This document shows, one piece after another, positions 39,761 through 53,800 of a stretch of 64,000 bases of DNA. The first letter of the stretch is position 1; each line of letters begins with the position of its first letter. A program made the translations under genes and the position numbers. The DNA lies in the NCBI GenBank assembly GCA_030141605.1, contig JAQGDQ010000141.1, positions 434,001 through 498,000 on the forward strand, in the 5' to 3' direction. This DNA comes from Tubiluchus corallicola (Eukaryota; Animalia; Priapulida). The notes below the pieces were generated by a model. It ran no database searches. It was not told where the DNA came from and saw nothing but the letters and a program-made list of their open reading frames with translations.

Positions 39761-41846
39761 GTTCTTGTATTTAACTTAGTTCAAAACCTTATTTGTGCAA
39801 CAAAACCTTACTGGTGCTACTAAAAGATTTTCCTCTGGCCGACCACATTAACATTCCTTTCTCTTACCTCTTATTTTAATCTATCTTTCGTGTTCCTTCG
39901 ATTTTTTACCTGATTTTTGTTGCTGTATTCGTTTAAGTTACAACTATAATTATGCGTTTTGTTTCAATGATGTTGTAAATATCTGAGGCGTATTATCAGT
40001 TTAATTGTTGTCCGCAAAAAAGATCATTCTTATTTGAAAAATAAAAATATGTGTTATGTTAAAAAATCTGGCTATACATAATACACCTATATTATTCACA
40101 ATTCATCTACTACACACCATACCCCATAGATTCCTGGACAAGTTTTTAGATTCCCGAATTAAGAAGTCTACAAACAACTATTGTCTAATGATTAAATGTA
40201 CATAATTTCATTGCATTGTAATACTGCGACTTGTCAGCCGGTGGCGCGTTTCCTGTTTTGTGGATTTCAAAACTTAGAGTTTATAAAAAAAAATGGCGCA
40301 ATAGTTGACCAAAAGTAACATCAAAAGATACGCCTGTTCTATGTATTAATATTTTTAGGTGAGCTAACTTTGTGACATACCCACCAAATACTCGTCGACA
40401 AAATTTCATGTTACAAAAGATACGTTACAAAGGTATTTCCAAAGATTGAAATCAATTTCGAAAAATTTTGAGCAATTCAGTGTGGAATGAATACAAAAGT
40501 TAAAAGTCCAATGTGAATATTTCAAAGTTAAGCCATATTTGTAATAAATGATACATGGCAAACTTGTATACTGAGTCAGTACATTTGACTGCAATTTCCC
40601 CAGTTCCTGTTTGTGTAAATAGTGTACAGAGATTTGTTCATACACTACACACTTATTTATTTAGATATTTGCAGTATCGCACACTTGCAAATAAATGCCA
40701 GAAAAAGTCTTATCTTTACGAAAACTGAAGGAGGCTTGATTCTTATCTAGATCCATGCCTACAAACGGATTTATTACAGCAACTCTTTAGCACATGCAAA
40801 GACCAGTCATTTCTCTCTTTTTTCTGTGCATTATTCCTTAATTATCTTACCGTAATCATCTACAACAACGGCTGATAACATAAATAAGACTGTAAAAACA
40901 CTTTAATCCTTATCTGATCTTTTTATTAAAACAGATTCACAATTCTACGTCTCAGAAATACAAAAAACGTGTTTACGCCATTGTTTCTTTTTACCTACTC
41001 CCTTTTATCCTTCCGCTTTACTCTGTATATAGTCCTACTTGTGAATTCGTTCGCAACAACTCAGTGTGTTGTTTATATTATTTTAATCAGGCGTATGGAA
41101 TTTGTTTATACTTCACGCTTATTAAAACACTACAGATTTACAATCATAGTTCACAACACTTCCATATAACCGATTTATTGAAATAAATTTTCGTTTATCA
41201 AAACTGAAGGAAGCGTGATCGTGATCGGGTTAATTTCTAAAATTCTGACCCCTTATAAAGAACTTTAATTAACCGAATTTATGTTCTACGTTCAGAAAAT
41301 ACAAGTCGTACCTGTTCAAGGATGAAATGTGAACGATCTATATGTTCATACTAGTAGTATAAAATATTTCCAATACATTGAATACAATGAATACAATACA
41401 TGAAAGATATTATACATGGTAATATAAAAACCTATGACCACTGTGGTTTACCGAAGGGCGCTGATTTTATGACTAGATCGCCGACATGTCATAATGAAAG
41501 TAATGTAACAAATCTTAATAGGATCTCCTGTTCTGAGAGTAAACTTGCTTACATATACATACAAGTTGAAAGAGTATTTACTAAAGATTGTTGACAAGCA
41601 TGGTGGCTGAAAATTACTCCTGCAGATGTGCGTCTTCTGGACTGTGGTCTTAAGTCAGAGGGTAAGACGCAGTGAATTCAACTGAGTCCCCTAAATGCGA
41701 TAAAGCTGAACTATAAATTTCTGAAGTACAAATGTTAAGTCTTAATAACCTTCTGAAATGCCTAACAAACAACAGCAGTCTAGGAGATTATACCCAGAGG
41801 CTTATAATAAGCCTATTTGCGGCGGACTGCATCTTTGCAGAATCTA

Positions 41847-41983
41847 GGTAAAGTCACAAGAGAAAAGACAGGAGAAAAGAAATAAGCGTAACCATAACCT
41901 TAACCCTAACTCTAACTTCTAATTCTAGCCAAAATTAATTGTGAATTTTTTTCTGTTATTCATTTTCCTGTGATTTTATTACC
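41847..41983. repeat. Small element with inverted ends and a degenerate (CCCTAA)n core
   Basis: ggtaaagtcacaagagaaaa / ttttcctgtgattttattacc flanking taaccataaccttaaccctaactctaac. Confidence 0.55.
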
Positions 41984-42870
41984 GCTCGAGTCTTTGGGGA
42001 AACCTGGGCAGTTGAATCATGCATGAACTTTTGATACATACGTTAACAGAATTTGCATCTGAAAATTATAAAAAAATGCTATTAAAATGTCCCATTTTGT
42101 GCCATTATGTGTATAATTTCCACGTGCCGTAGTTCGTTTTTAAGCCATCTAAGGAATTATTAAACAAATCGAGCTCTCACGGCTAAATATATTACATGGT
42201 CGCAAAATTCAGAAAACAAATGGGCACGATATTCACGAAAAAAAATGGCAACAAAATTGCCAGTAAAAGTGGCGATGCAATAATTGCAAACTTAAAAAGT
42301 TACTTTAGTGTAAGTGTAACAGTTTATTAAAATTGAAGTGAATATTTGTTAATCCCTTAGCATAATGAGATGAATCATACAGAATTCAATTTATAAAACG
42401 ATAAATAAAGGCATTTATTGGGTGTTTGTTTGGGCTTTTACAGCATGCGGACTTCAAATGGGTAAACTACTCTTATTTAACAACTTCATCAGTATAATGG
42501 CTAAACAAGAAAAAACTAGTCCCGAATGCGAAGCATCAGCTCAGTCGCTTATTTAGTTTTCTTACTGCCTTTCAAATAACCAGCAAAATCCAGCGAGCTT
42601 TAACCGCTTTGACTTTTTACATCGCTGTTCGCTACTATGTAGGCTCGCTTCGGTCAAGATTCAACTTTTCTCTATTCCCTTCATTCTGTCTCACTCACAC
42701 TCCCTTTCTCTCGTCTTTCTCTTTCTCTCTTATCTCTTTCACACCCCTTTCTCTCTCCCTCCACTTCCTCTTCCTCTATATTTTCCTCACTTTTCTTCCT
42801 TCTTTTATTTCTCACTATTCACTTTCTTTTTCTCGGTTCCCCTCTTTTATATATATATATATATATATAA

Positions 42871-42936
42871 ATGTTACTATTTTGATTTCTACGCTTATTG
42901 TATATATAATAAGCGTAGAAATCAAAATAGTAACAT
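42871..42936. repeat. Perfect 29-bp inverted repeat (hairpin) beside (TA)n and a CT-rich tract
   Basis: atgttactattttgatttctacgcttatt-gtatatat-aataagcgtagaaatcaaaatagtaacat. Confidence 0.95.
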
Positions 42937-43151
42937 CAGTAATACAAGTCGCACAGAGTACGTATCGCAAGTGGTAACATCCAACAGAAGCAAATCTCCA
43001 ACACTTGTTCTGCAACTCCTTATATACCAAGTCTGGTCGCCATGGTAACCAACTGGGAATTTCTTTTCCAGTCCATTGCTATGGTAACCAACAGAGAACT
43101 TTCTCCCAAATAACATAACTGACGTAAAGGTCATTGATGTAAGTAACTTCA

Positions 43152-43748
43152 AGCAAAACTGGATCTAATCTTAAACTGTAAGTCAAAATAATCTAATTTT
43201 TAAAATACTGTTTTTTCCAGAATGTCTTACATGAAAGAATTATTACCGCACAACAGTTTCGCCTTTGCGCCACTAGCTCTTCACTGTTACGTGCATTTCG
43301 CATTCTCCAGTTAGATGGATACTAGTGCCTGTGTTTCACAAAAACAGGTGCTGTACCTCTCAGTTCAGATGTGTTCGTTTCTGACGTACTGCGCACGTTC
43401 GACTTACATGAGCATGAGCACAGTGGCAAATTTGAAATTTGAATTTTTATCTTAAAACTTGCCGAGTTTTATTACAACACACTAAAACTCTTACACACCG
43501 AATTTTAGTAGCACTGTACTTCAATTTCTCTTTCACAAACACGTGCAACACGCTCGTGGAATATTTTCGCTGTTGAAAATTATATTCGTTTGTGATGTCA
43601 TCAATACTTGGGCTCAGCCGCCGTTAATTGCGATTTTAATCTATTATTTAACTATCAAAACCGCTTTTCCAGTATTATTGATGTTAAAATGTATACTTTT
43701 ACCGTACTCGAAAATGGGATAGTACATGAAAAATATTCCTGTCTTCCT
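43152..43748 (-). mobile_element. Kolobok-type family 2 copy
   Basis: Ends agcaaaactgga / cctgtcttcct|TTAA; interior matches the reverse complement of 53465-53757. Confidence 0.65.
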
Positions 43749-44779
43749 TTAAGTATCGCTGATGACTTATTTTGTTGCTAGGCGAAGTTATGCAGAATAA
43801 ATATCTAGCCAATATGATTTAATTAATGTTTTATAACATAACTTTATTAAATGAACTTATTTGCGTCAATTCTGTTACGCGAGTAACTCAGTAACACCAA
43901 ATGTTACGCGAAGGAGTTCAATGTCCTTGTTATTTGAAACGTCATAACAATTCCATACAAAGAATGGCCCACGTATGTTCGATTACAATATGACAGTTTT
44001 CATTTGTACTAGGCCTTTATAGAGCGTGGGCCCACATACAATATTGGGTGTGTTCTGCAAGTACACATTTTATTGACAACTTGCCTGTTGTGCAGATAAG
44101 ATAAAGCGTCTTTGCATATAAGATCACGATAATGACGTCTGCTCCTCAATTCTTGTGTACAAAGTCCGGTAGCTAATGCCGGAGCCTCTACACGCTGCAT
44201 TGATTCTGCAGGTGAAGAACGTGTAGTGCTTGATGTGGTAGCTCATTTTGTTACTAATTAGATTGCAACATTAATACCAGTGTTGACTGCAGCGAAACTT
44301 CGTTAATAATCGTAACGTAAATGAGACAAGCGAGTGCTAAATTTTGTTTTCGACATCATCAAACGATGATATTGAAAGTGTGATACTTTATGATTAATGA
44401 TAACTTAGGTCATTTCGTTAAAACAAGTTTAACTATAAATTTATAATAATATGAAATATTTTACTTTTGTGCAAATAGCTATCCTTTTTGAGTTGCACAA
44501 ACAATGTTTAAAAACTTATAAGCTTTTCCAATTTTCTAACTCTTTTAACGTCGTAGCCTAATGTGTCATAACGTGCATGATATGCTTTTAGTATAGAATT
44601 GTTCTTTTAAAGTTAACTAAGCTGTTTGTTTGTTGACTGTTTTCTTATCACTTTCACAATTACAGTTAGATCAATCTTATATCAGAAGCACCTGAACAGA
44701 AAAAAAAGCTTCTCGACGCAGTTTCAACGTTCCTGACAAAGCCTACGGCTTCACGGGCTTCACAGCTGTGATAATCATC

Positions 44780-44842
44780 ATGTTACAAAGAATCTCGCTA
44801 AAAATCTTAGTCGGAATTTTGTGTTTTGTTCATTTAGAAGCG
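44780..44842 (+). CDS. uif-like exon: signal peptide MLQRISLKILVGILCFVHLEA
   Basis: Basic n-region, hydrophobic core, LEA cleavage site; donor gtaggt in phase 0 matches the next exon; upstream acceptor ends 44665. Confidence 0.65.
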
Positions 44843-47800
44843 GTAGGTTTCTCGAAATAGTTAATCTATATTGCAGCATCATGCATCGCAGTACTTCCAA
44901 ATAAATGTTTGAAATGTGTTGTCTTCTAAGTGCTGAAGGAGGCGTGATCGGTTCGGGTTCTTTTCTGCCATGTATAAGCGTCATTCTAATGCAGTTTGTC
45001 CATATAATGAGTACAATATCATGAATTTAATTTTTGCAAACTAGTGCGACAGGCTCGCCTATTACTACTGATGGGGCTTCATTTGAGCAAGCATAAATAC
45101 TTTTTCGTACCTTGTAAAAAGTTTAACTAAAAACAGATCATGCATGTGAAAGCTATTCGATTACGAACTTTATAAAAAAACATCCTTAATGTTGAAATTA
45201 TTATTTGCATAACTTTTTGCAAGCAGCAAAGTAAAGAGATTTCGTAAATAATTTATACTTTGCAACGATAGCAAGCAAATGTATTTGACACTTTTATCAA
45301 GCACTTTTGGGACAACAGAGGTATCATACCCACTGCCACGTTGATTGACCAAGTTACGTAATTAAGGACTCGGTCATGCAAAGGAAGTTGTCTTTATTGT
45401 TTATTGGTACACTTCGACCACATGTAATTTAAGATTTTGATAATTTTGCCCGTTTTCTTTAACATCGGTTGTCTTTAGAAATAATTTCAAACACATCTGC
45501 GACTCTCATCATGATAGTAGTTATAAAATTTGTTTTTTATCGTATTGTTTTTAGTATCACTGTAGTAATTTCGTAGTGCTTAGTATTACTATTTTTTATT
45601 AGATACCAGTATAAAATCATCGAACATTTTTTATTATATTAGTCACCAATGAATGCAGTGAAAATAGTAGTAAAAATAATACACGTGTGGCTAACAGTTA
45701 GAGCAAAATTTTTCTGAATGCATCATTTATGCCCATAACAAAATTTTAGTCCAGATAATGTGTCTGACACTAAAAAGGTGTCTACCAAACATCCGGGATG
45801 CATTAAGTGGCGTTTATGTAGCATCTGGAATGCGTATGCGTTATCCACCTGCGGAATGGCTGCGCATTAAAAAATCAATAGGATATAGCTGCAGAAAAAT
45901 ATAACGCATAACGCAGGTCTGATAAACGGGTGCAATGAAAACAAAATATAAACCGATTTTATCTATTACGTATCTGTATAACGCACACGCATTCCGGATG
46001 TCTGGCAAACGCCACTTAATGACTGCTTTTGCGCATTTATATTTACGTTGCAGTATGTCGCAGGGATGTCGACAAAAAGTAGTAAATGTAACGCCATAAA
46101 CCTGTGTGTGGGAGCTTAATCATGTATTTGAAGAATTCCTTGCATTGTTAATTTGGCATATAACTGCAGACTACAGTTACATTTTGTACATTCTGATGTT
46201 GACCGTATTGTTGACCAGACATATTCAGTATTTGTGACGGCTATGACTATACAGTCGTAGCTAACTAGCTACGGCACAGATGCTCATTCTTGTCAAAACA
46301 CGTAACATATGAAGTAGGTCCATCTATCGCAGAATTGTATTATTACTTCATTTAAATTACAACAGACGTAGAGAACAGTACTAGCTATGATTTGATTTGA
46401 TTAATTTAAGTCTTTATTGCAAACTCCAGGTTATATATACAAAAAATTCACTTAAATGCTTACAAATATCTTTCTCACTAATAGCAACTCTATCTATCAA
46501 GTACACACTTTCTATTGATAACATCGTATTATTTATTATTAAGATTTGATGTAATATTTCTAGCACAACAAGCGTCATATACAAATTTAATAAAAAAAGA
46601 TATTTAAAAAAATCTCTAATGGAAATGCTTTAGGAAACTTTTAATTTCTTCAGATCGTATAAATTGTAATGGCGCCATACAATACAAACTACTGCAGTAG
46701 GAATTAATAAGAAACTTCTTGACAGCAATTGCCAAATCGTGTGATTAATTTGTTGCCCCTGGAAAAATAAATTCTTTTTTGTCTAGTAATGTCAAGATCA
46801 TCTGCATTGCTGTCAGAAATTACATGCCCTAAGTATTTCTCCTGGGGGGTTTTATTAAACTACCAGTCGCCACATTTTTAAAAACATGCGATATAATTAT
46901 GTTATTGTTAGGACTATATACCAGTAAAGTTACTAGCTGTGGTAATAGCTACAACTAGCAAAAGTGCAATTGTGGTAGCAGGCTTGATGACCTGGTATCA
47001 GGCGTTTAAGTGCAGCAAACTGATGACCAATTGGTCTTTCACTACTCTCAATTATAGTCTTTTTGTATTCTGGTGTAAATGAGAAGATACTGAAATAAAA
47101 AATGTTTTTGTTTTTTTGGTAGTGAAAGCTAGTAATAGTAGTATGAATCACAGAATGTGAGCAGTAGTATGTAAATTTGACGTTTATAAGAGTCTAGCAT
47201 GTTATGTTTTTATTATAAGTAACTATTCTAAGCACTCATGGCACAACTCTTTCATCCCACATTTTTTTCTTTTACAGCAAACTCTTCCTTTTGTAGAAAA
47301 TAGAATAAAATTTGAATGTCCAGATGGTAAGTTTTCATTTTTAGGATTAAGTGTATGTAAAAAGATTACGTTGAAATGCTGATAACAATTATTCATTGTA
47401 AGGTTAACTGGTTAATATGGACATCTGGCATGTTGGTGACTAATTCTCACTGTTTTGTGTGGTCAGTAAAATTCATTACAGGTGCCAAACATTTATTAGG
47501 ACCCATAATTATTACACCAACAATTCTTATTTTAATTGAGTATCAGTTTGACGGTGTGTATTATAATGATAAAATTGTAATAATAAGTTTTTTTAATTTA
47601 ATATGACTTTTGCTTGTTTGTGCTAGGCTGGATAAAGTATGGCGATAAGTGCTATGGCTTGTTTGTGGATGTGGACCAGAACTGGCCAGAGGCAAATGCA
47701 ACATGCCAATCGTAAGATTTCCATTCTTCTTTATTATATTTTTCAGCATTATTTGACTACTAGTAGTAGATGTGCTGTTGTTACGAACACATGAGAACCA

Positions 47801-50800
47801 CTGATGTGTGTCTGAGGTGTTATAAGTGGTTGACAACTTGACCCTTTACAACACTGACTAATTCGTGCTTAAATTCAATTTTAATTCAATTTAATTTATT
47901 GTTCAAATACATTATTATAATGTACATTGGCAAAACACAATACAGTACATACATGTCAAATAGTGCATGCATATAAAGTTAATTCTTAAAAGCTTTGTGC
48001 AAAAGGTTATTGTCAGTGTTAGTAATAATAATAATTAACATTTTTGGTATAATATGTATTAAACATATTATATTTTAATATAAAATACTATTATATTTAA
48101 TATTAAAAGAAAATAAAATTGACTTGAATCCATCCGCCTCGCATACTATCATTTCTGTGACGATTTCACGTATTGCTCGCAAGCTTTTACTGTAATTTGA
48201 TTGAGATGTTGGTGCGTTTATCTTCTATCTATGAATTTATTGTCAAATAATTAATACTATTTGCTTAATTTTAATTAGTTAATATGTTCATTATTGTTAC
48301 CATTGCTGCATTCGTTGTAGAACAAAGAACGTTTTGTTTTCTCCGTTGTCTTTTAGAGCAATAATGTTAGTTCAGTATTAAATGAATACAACAATGATGT
48401 TACAGGACTGAGAGGCACCAAGGGGCCATCTGGTCTCCTGTAAGTTACTCTTAGGTCACCAGAGTAAACTCACTATTAAAACAAGCTTTTTACCACCGTT
48501 TTCCGTATCATGTAACAATACTGATTGGATGTCGTGATTTGACGTCATATTCAAAAATGTACTCTAGCAAACCACCACTACTGAAAAGCTTGGCAATAAA
48601 ATTTCGCAAAACAGGAAAGAAGTACAAGCACCTCTTAAATATTTAACATGGTATGATCATAAATATATTCTTAATCCATAATGACTGATGGGGATTTAGC
48701 ATATTTTGCTATTGAACCCTCTACTTTTCCAAGCGCACTACAAAATAAAAATTTGTGAAGACACCACCACTGGAAGACTTGATGTCATGGCTAAGCTTTG
48801 CTGCTCCCAAGAAGGCTTTTTATGATCAATGTGTTTTTCTGGGTGAGTTTGCCAGTCTTTGTCCAAACGAGCCTTAATTGAGCTAAACTGGTAGACTTGA
48901 CTGCATGAGAAGGCAGGCTATTCTAGGCATTAATGATTCTATGGGAGAATACATCTCTCCTTTTGTTCCATCTTCCGTGCAGTTTTGTTTTGAAGAGTTT
49001 AAATGGCTCTCCTCTTGTTGTTTGTGTATCCTGTATGTTTATGTGTCTTTTAGAACATCATTTAGGTTTGCCGTGTAAACTATTTCACGAATACATTGCC
49101 TAGAATGCCATTTGTTGTGGTTTGTAGTTTTGTTGTAAAATAATTGATAGTAACCTTGATTTTAAACAACATATAGCATATATCACAAATAAAGCACATC
49201 AAAAGTTAACACTCATAAAAAGGAACTGCAAGTATTTGAATTTACCCATGTTGTTGAAGCTGTACAAATCTGCAGACATAATATAGTACCCAACAAGGCA
49301 AGATCAAATAAGCCTTGCATAGAGAACTCAAAGGACTATACTATACAACACTAGAGAACTAGTTAGTCCTAAGCACGCAAGGGAAAAAATATCTACAATG
49401 GCTCAAGGAGTTAGGACTGGTCACCTTTAAGTGCAGGCGAAACAGAAATGACATGATACAGGTATATAGAACACTGCATGGAATAGATAGACTACATTTG
49501 AACAGACACATAAACATACAGGATACATAAAGAACAAGAGGAGAGCCATTTTAACTCTTCAAAACAAGACTGCACGGAAGATGGAACAAAAGGAATTTAA
49601 GCAGTTGAGCAAAAAGAAAGCAAATAACCCAATGCTTTGGTATTCTGGACTAGTTTTGTTCTCATTTACCTAGCGAAATTTATGTTTTTTCAGTGACTTT
49701 CACCAAAACAGCTGTACAGCAAGTTTTTTTTATTACTTTTTTTAATCATTTTTCGATGACTTCGAATCCCACGTGGACTCGCTCTGGATAGTATTAAAAC
49801 CAGAACTGATGAATTACTTATGATATGTTTAGTTTCTCACATATTTCATTGTAGCTCTTGTTATTATAAAGCTGTGAAATGAAATTTTGTAGGTTTGGTG
49901 GCGCCCTCGTACCAATAGAAGGGTACAACACGAATAGTTTTGTGCGTGATCAGATTAAACTTGTCCATGAGAATGATAACAGTGTCAATGCGCCTTACTG
50001 GTGGATGGGTAAGTTAATACTTTTATGTAACACTCTGTTTTAATTTAATAAACCTTTATAAAGCTTCAGGAACACATATAATGTAATACTGTTTAACTTG
50101 AAATAAAAGATCCCACAGTTAAAAGAAAGGAGAAAAGAAAAAAACTTAATGCTGTGAACTGCTGATGCAGTTTTAGTTTAAGCAATATTATTATTTGATA
50201 AGAAACATTACTATCAAAAGTACATTCATAATAAATAACAATGAGCAATTTATCAAATGCTGATTGGCTAAACAGGTATAACCTATATAAAAGCCTTTCA
50301 GTGAGTAGATAAGTTATTTATAAGTTTAATAAGCACACTATTAAAAGATCTGTTAGTTATGCATTAAGTAAGAGCGAGATTGAGAAAGTTACATAATTTG
50401 TTTTTTGACATTTCTATAGTTCACGTTACTTCATACAGATACCATCACATCTTTCTCCTTCTTTCTATTCTTTATTAACCTTTCTTTCTACTCCTTTACT
50501 GCTCTTTTCTGTTACACTCAGTCCACATTCATTTGGGGTGCTCTAAACAAGTAATTACTTCTTGAGTACCCCACGGGTCGTTTGCGGCTTGGCATCTTGT
50601 GTACATAATAATAAATATGTTATTAAATACGTTTATGTACAATGCTGTAATGATCGTTGTGGATATATTTAATAATAAATAGTGGGTGTCCGAAAGGGTG
50701 GGGCAAGTTGGTTATGATGTCTTTATGTTGATGTTAAGCTACAAAAACAGAAGAGTGATGACGAAGATCATAAAAGAAATATGAAAGTGTTGTGGTCACA

Positions 50801-53800
50801 ATTAATATGCCCTGTAAGGTAAAATTCAGGGATTATTAATGAACTATAGTTTGATTTTATTAATTAAAGTGCCCACTTTGTATAATGAACAAAATGCCAG
50901 CAGATATTATAGCATTGTTAGAATCAGGAGAAAGTGAGATATCACCGTATTTGGATATTATTCCAACTGAGTGCATTTATAAGATAGATATACAGGGTAC
51001 AGATATGTTGGCAAAGTGGACAGTGCCAACTGAGTGCATTGCAGTTTTACCATTGTGTAAGTTAGGCATTGTTTTTGAAATCAATGTTGGTGAGTTTGGG
51101 TTCTATTTTGTGTGTAAAGTTGTTCTCTGATGACAGCTTTAAGTAGACTAGTAAAGGATGGTGCATGTGGTTTGCATTAGGCCAACAATAAAAATACTTC
51201 TGTTTCTGTCTATGTGCCCGGGTAATATTTTTTATCACACACCCAGCCTGGAATTTTATAAAAAAAATTGTACATTTATATACTTGCCTGAAGCAGTCAT
51301 ATAAAAGCGTATTTTTTTTAATTTAAATATTATTATAACGTTGTTCCTTTCACGGCTAACTCTCGGCCAGGATTGCCATTTTGTATGATGCTCATTTGTA
51401 TTGGAGGCTAAAAAGTATCGAATTTTCTGCCAAATAATAGTATTAACAACCGAGTAGTGTTGCCGTTTATATCATAATTATCAGGACCTACAGGGTCGTG
51501 ATACAAAAAAGAGACTATACAATAATCGATAATTATATAATAATTTACTAATGCAAAGCTAAAAAACAAAGCATGAAAAAATGTCCATTGAATTAAAACA
51601 TTACTGCTGACCAGTGGGAAATAAACAAACTTTGATTTCAAGTGATTTTAAATATTCCACGATTCAGCTTTAAACATTCACAAAGTTTATTAAAAAAATT
51701 TCTTCCCTCAATAATGACATCTTTTGAACTTGTGAGGTGAGACAGAAACAGATTTTTTGTGGCCGGCCTGATTAGTGGAAAATGGTAGTCGGATAATTCT
51801 GTACTGAGCACCATTAATGATTAAAATATTCCTTGCCTGGCTGTAGCAATTGTAGAAATTATATACTGGCATAAGCTGAATGCCTTGCTTCCAAAACCTA
51901 TTTTGTCAGTGCTCCAGTACTATCAGTTTCTCAGTACTATTTGGTATTTGCAGATTGTGTAAAAATTTGTGTACATCTCTGCAGGCAGCACAGTGGAAAC
52001 CTGCTCTCATATGGTGCTTACTAATGCCGCCAACTTGAATTATTATTATTGTACTTTTATTGTACCTTCAGGGTGGACGCTTGAGGCCTGATTTTTCTTC
52101 GTCCTACCTCTTTCTCGTACTTATTACTGTTTACTAACACTTTATTGTACGGGATGAATCAATGAATTCAATCATGGTTTTTCAGTTTTTGCCAAGTTTG
52201 GCAACTAATCTTGTTTATGCTGTTTCTTTCATACTTTTTAATCAGATAAAAATCACGAAGGTGATGCTAAATTAGAAAATTGGAAATACCTTGCACCTTC
52301 ATGTGGAGTCAAACCAAGATCTTCTGCTTTTCGGTAGCTTTGTTAACCATTGCAAGACAGGAATACATTAGTTTTCAGACTTAGAAATCCGGACTACAAG
52401 CCATTATCAATCCGGTCTACAAACTGGGACTCCAAGTCTAGACTGTATCAAGATATTAATTAGATAAGAAAAATAATTAGATAAATGTACAAAAGCAATA
52501 CTAAATTAGAAAGACTCGAAAATTTTTACTAATGTTCTTTTTTAGGGTTATTGACACGAGAGGTGGTTACCCCCATATGGGAAGCCATGTGGTCGACAGG
52601 GGAGTCTGCTTCTGTCTATGACGGTAAGTTCTCTTGATAGTAAAATTAATCAAACTTGTTTTCTAGATAGCTAGATTGGCAACTTTTACTATGGATTGCT
52701 TTTATTATTACATTTCTGTTACTGTATTATTTCACACATTTCTGGTCGGTGATGGTAGTTGGTATGTTGCTAGTAAGTTTTTCAACTTGTGTGATAGTAA
52801 CCTAGGTTTTAATTGTCTTTAACTTTTATTGCAGTGTATAAAATAGCTATCCTTGTTGTTTTCTAGAGTATCAGATGAAAAAGAAACTGTAGATTCTTTA
52901 CAGCCTGTAATATTTTAAACAGTCAAAAACAAGGAACTTTTAAAAAGCTCTACAATCTGTGTTCAGCCTCACATAGGAAGTCCTAAGAACCATGAGGTTT
53001 GTTTTATAATTACCTTCATTACAATTACAGGTTTTTGGGATAGAAGCCAGCCAAGCTACCTTGCTGGAGATGGACCTTGTGTTGACCTAAGTTTTGATAT
53101 TATCAATGGCACTTTGTACTGGGTGGTCACAAACTGTGAAGATAGCAAACCTTTTATTTGTGTACTGGATGCATGTATTGAAGGTATGAAAAGGTTAAAG
53201 GAAAACAGGATGATTTTTCATATCATACCCCATTTGACGTATGGTAAAATGCACAGAGTACATTTTAACACCTTTAATAATGCCAAAGCATTTCTGATAA
53301 TTAAATAATAGGTTAAAAACTTAATTAATGGTGGGCCAGTCCAACTAGTGATGACATCATAACTGAACATAATTTTCAGCAGCATACGTATTCTATGATA
53401 ATGTTGCAAAAGCAAAAATTACTGTGCTGCTGCACAACATTTAATGTGATATACAGAAACTCGGCACATTTTCTTGAACATGGGTACTACATCGCAATTG
53501 AACACCTCTGAACTGAGACATACAGCACCTGTTTTTGCGCAACACATTTCTGAGATGTAGGTGCTGGTGTCCGTCTAACTAGCGAATGGCGAAATACATA
53601 TAGAACCAAGAACTAGTTGCGAAAATGGAAAATTACGTTTCTGTTGCAGATATTCTTTCATAAGTCATTCTTCCAAAAATAGTATGTTCACTTTCAATAT
53701 TTTATTGAGTAGATTGTTTTGAGCTATAGTTTGAGATCGCGTTCGGGTTTTCTTTTAAAGTGCGCTGCATTATTCCTGCAAATCTTCGCAGATTAATAGT

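Noticed and set aside
42609-42977. 122-aa hydrophobic ORF
   Set aside because: It is a translation of the CT-rich tract, (TA)n and the palindrome, a low-complexity artefact.
52285-52370. tRNA gene on the minus strand
   Set aside because: Only loose A/B-box-like motifs and no complete cloverleaf; at best a decayed SINE head.
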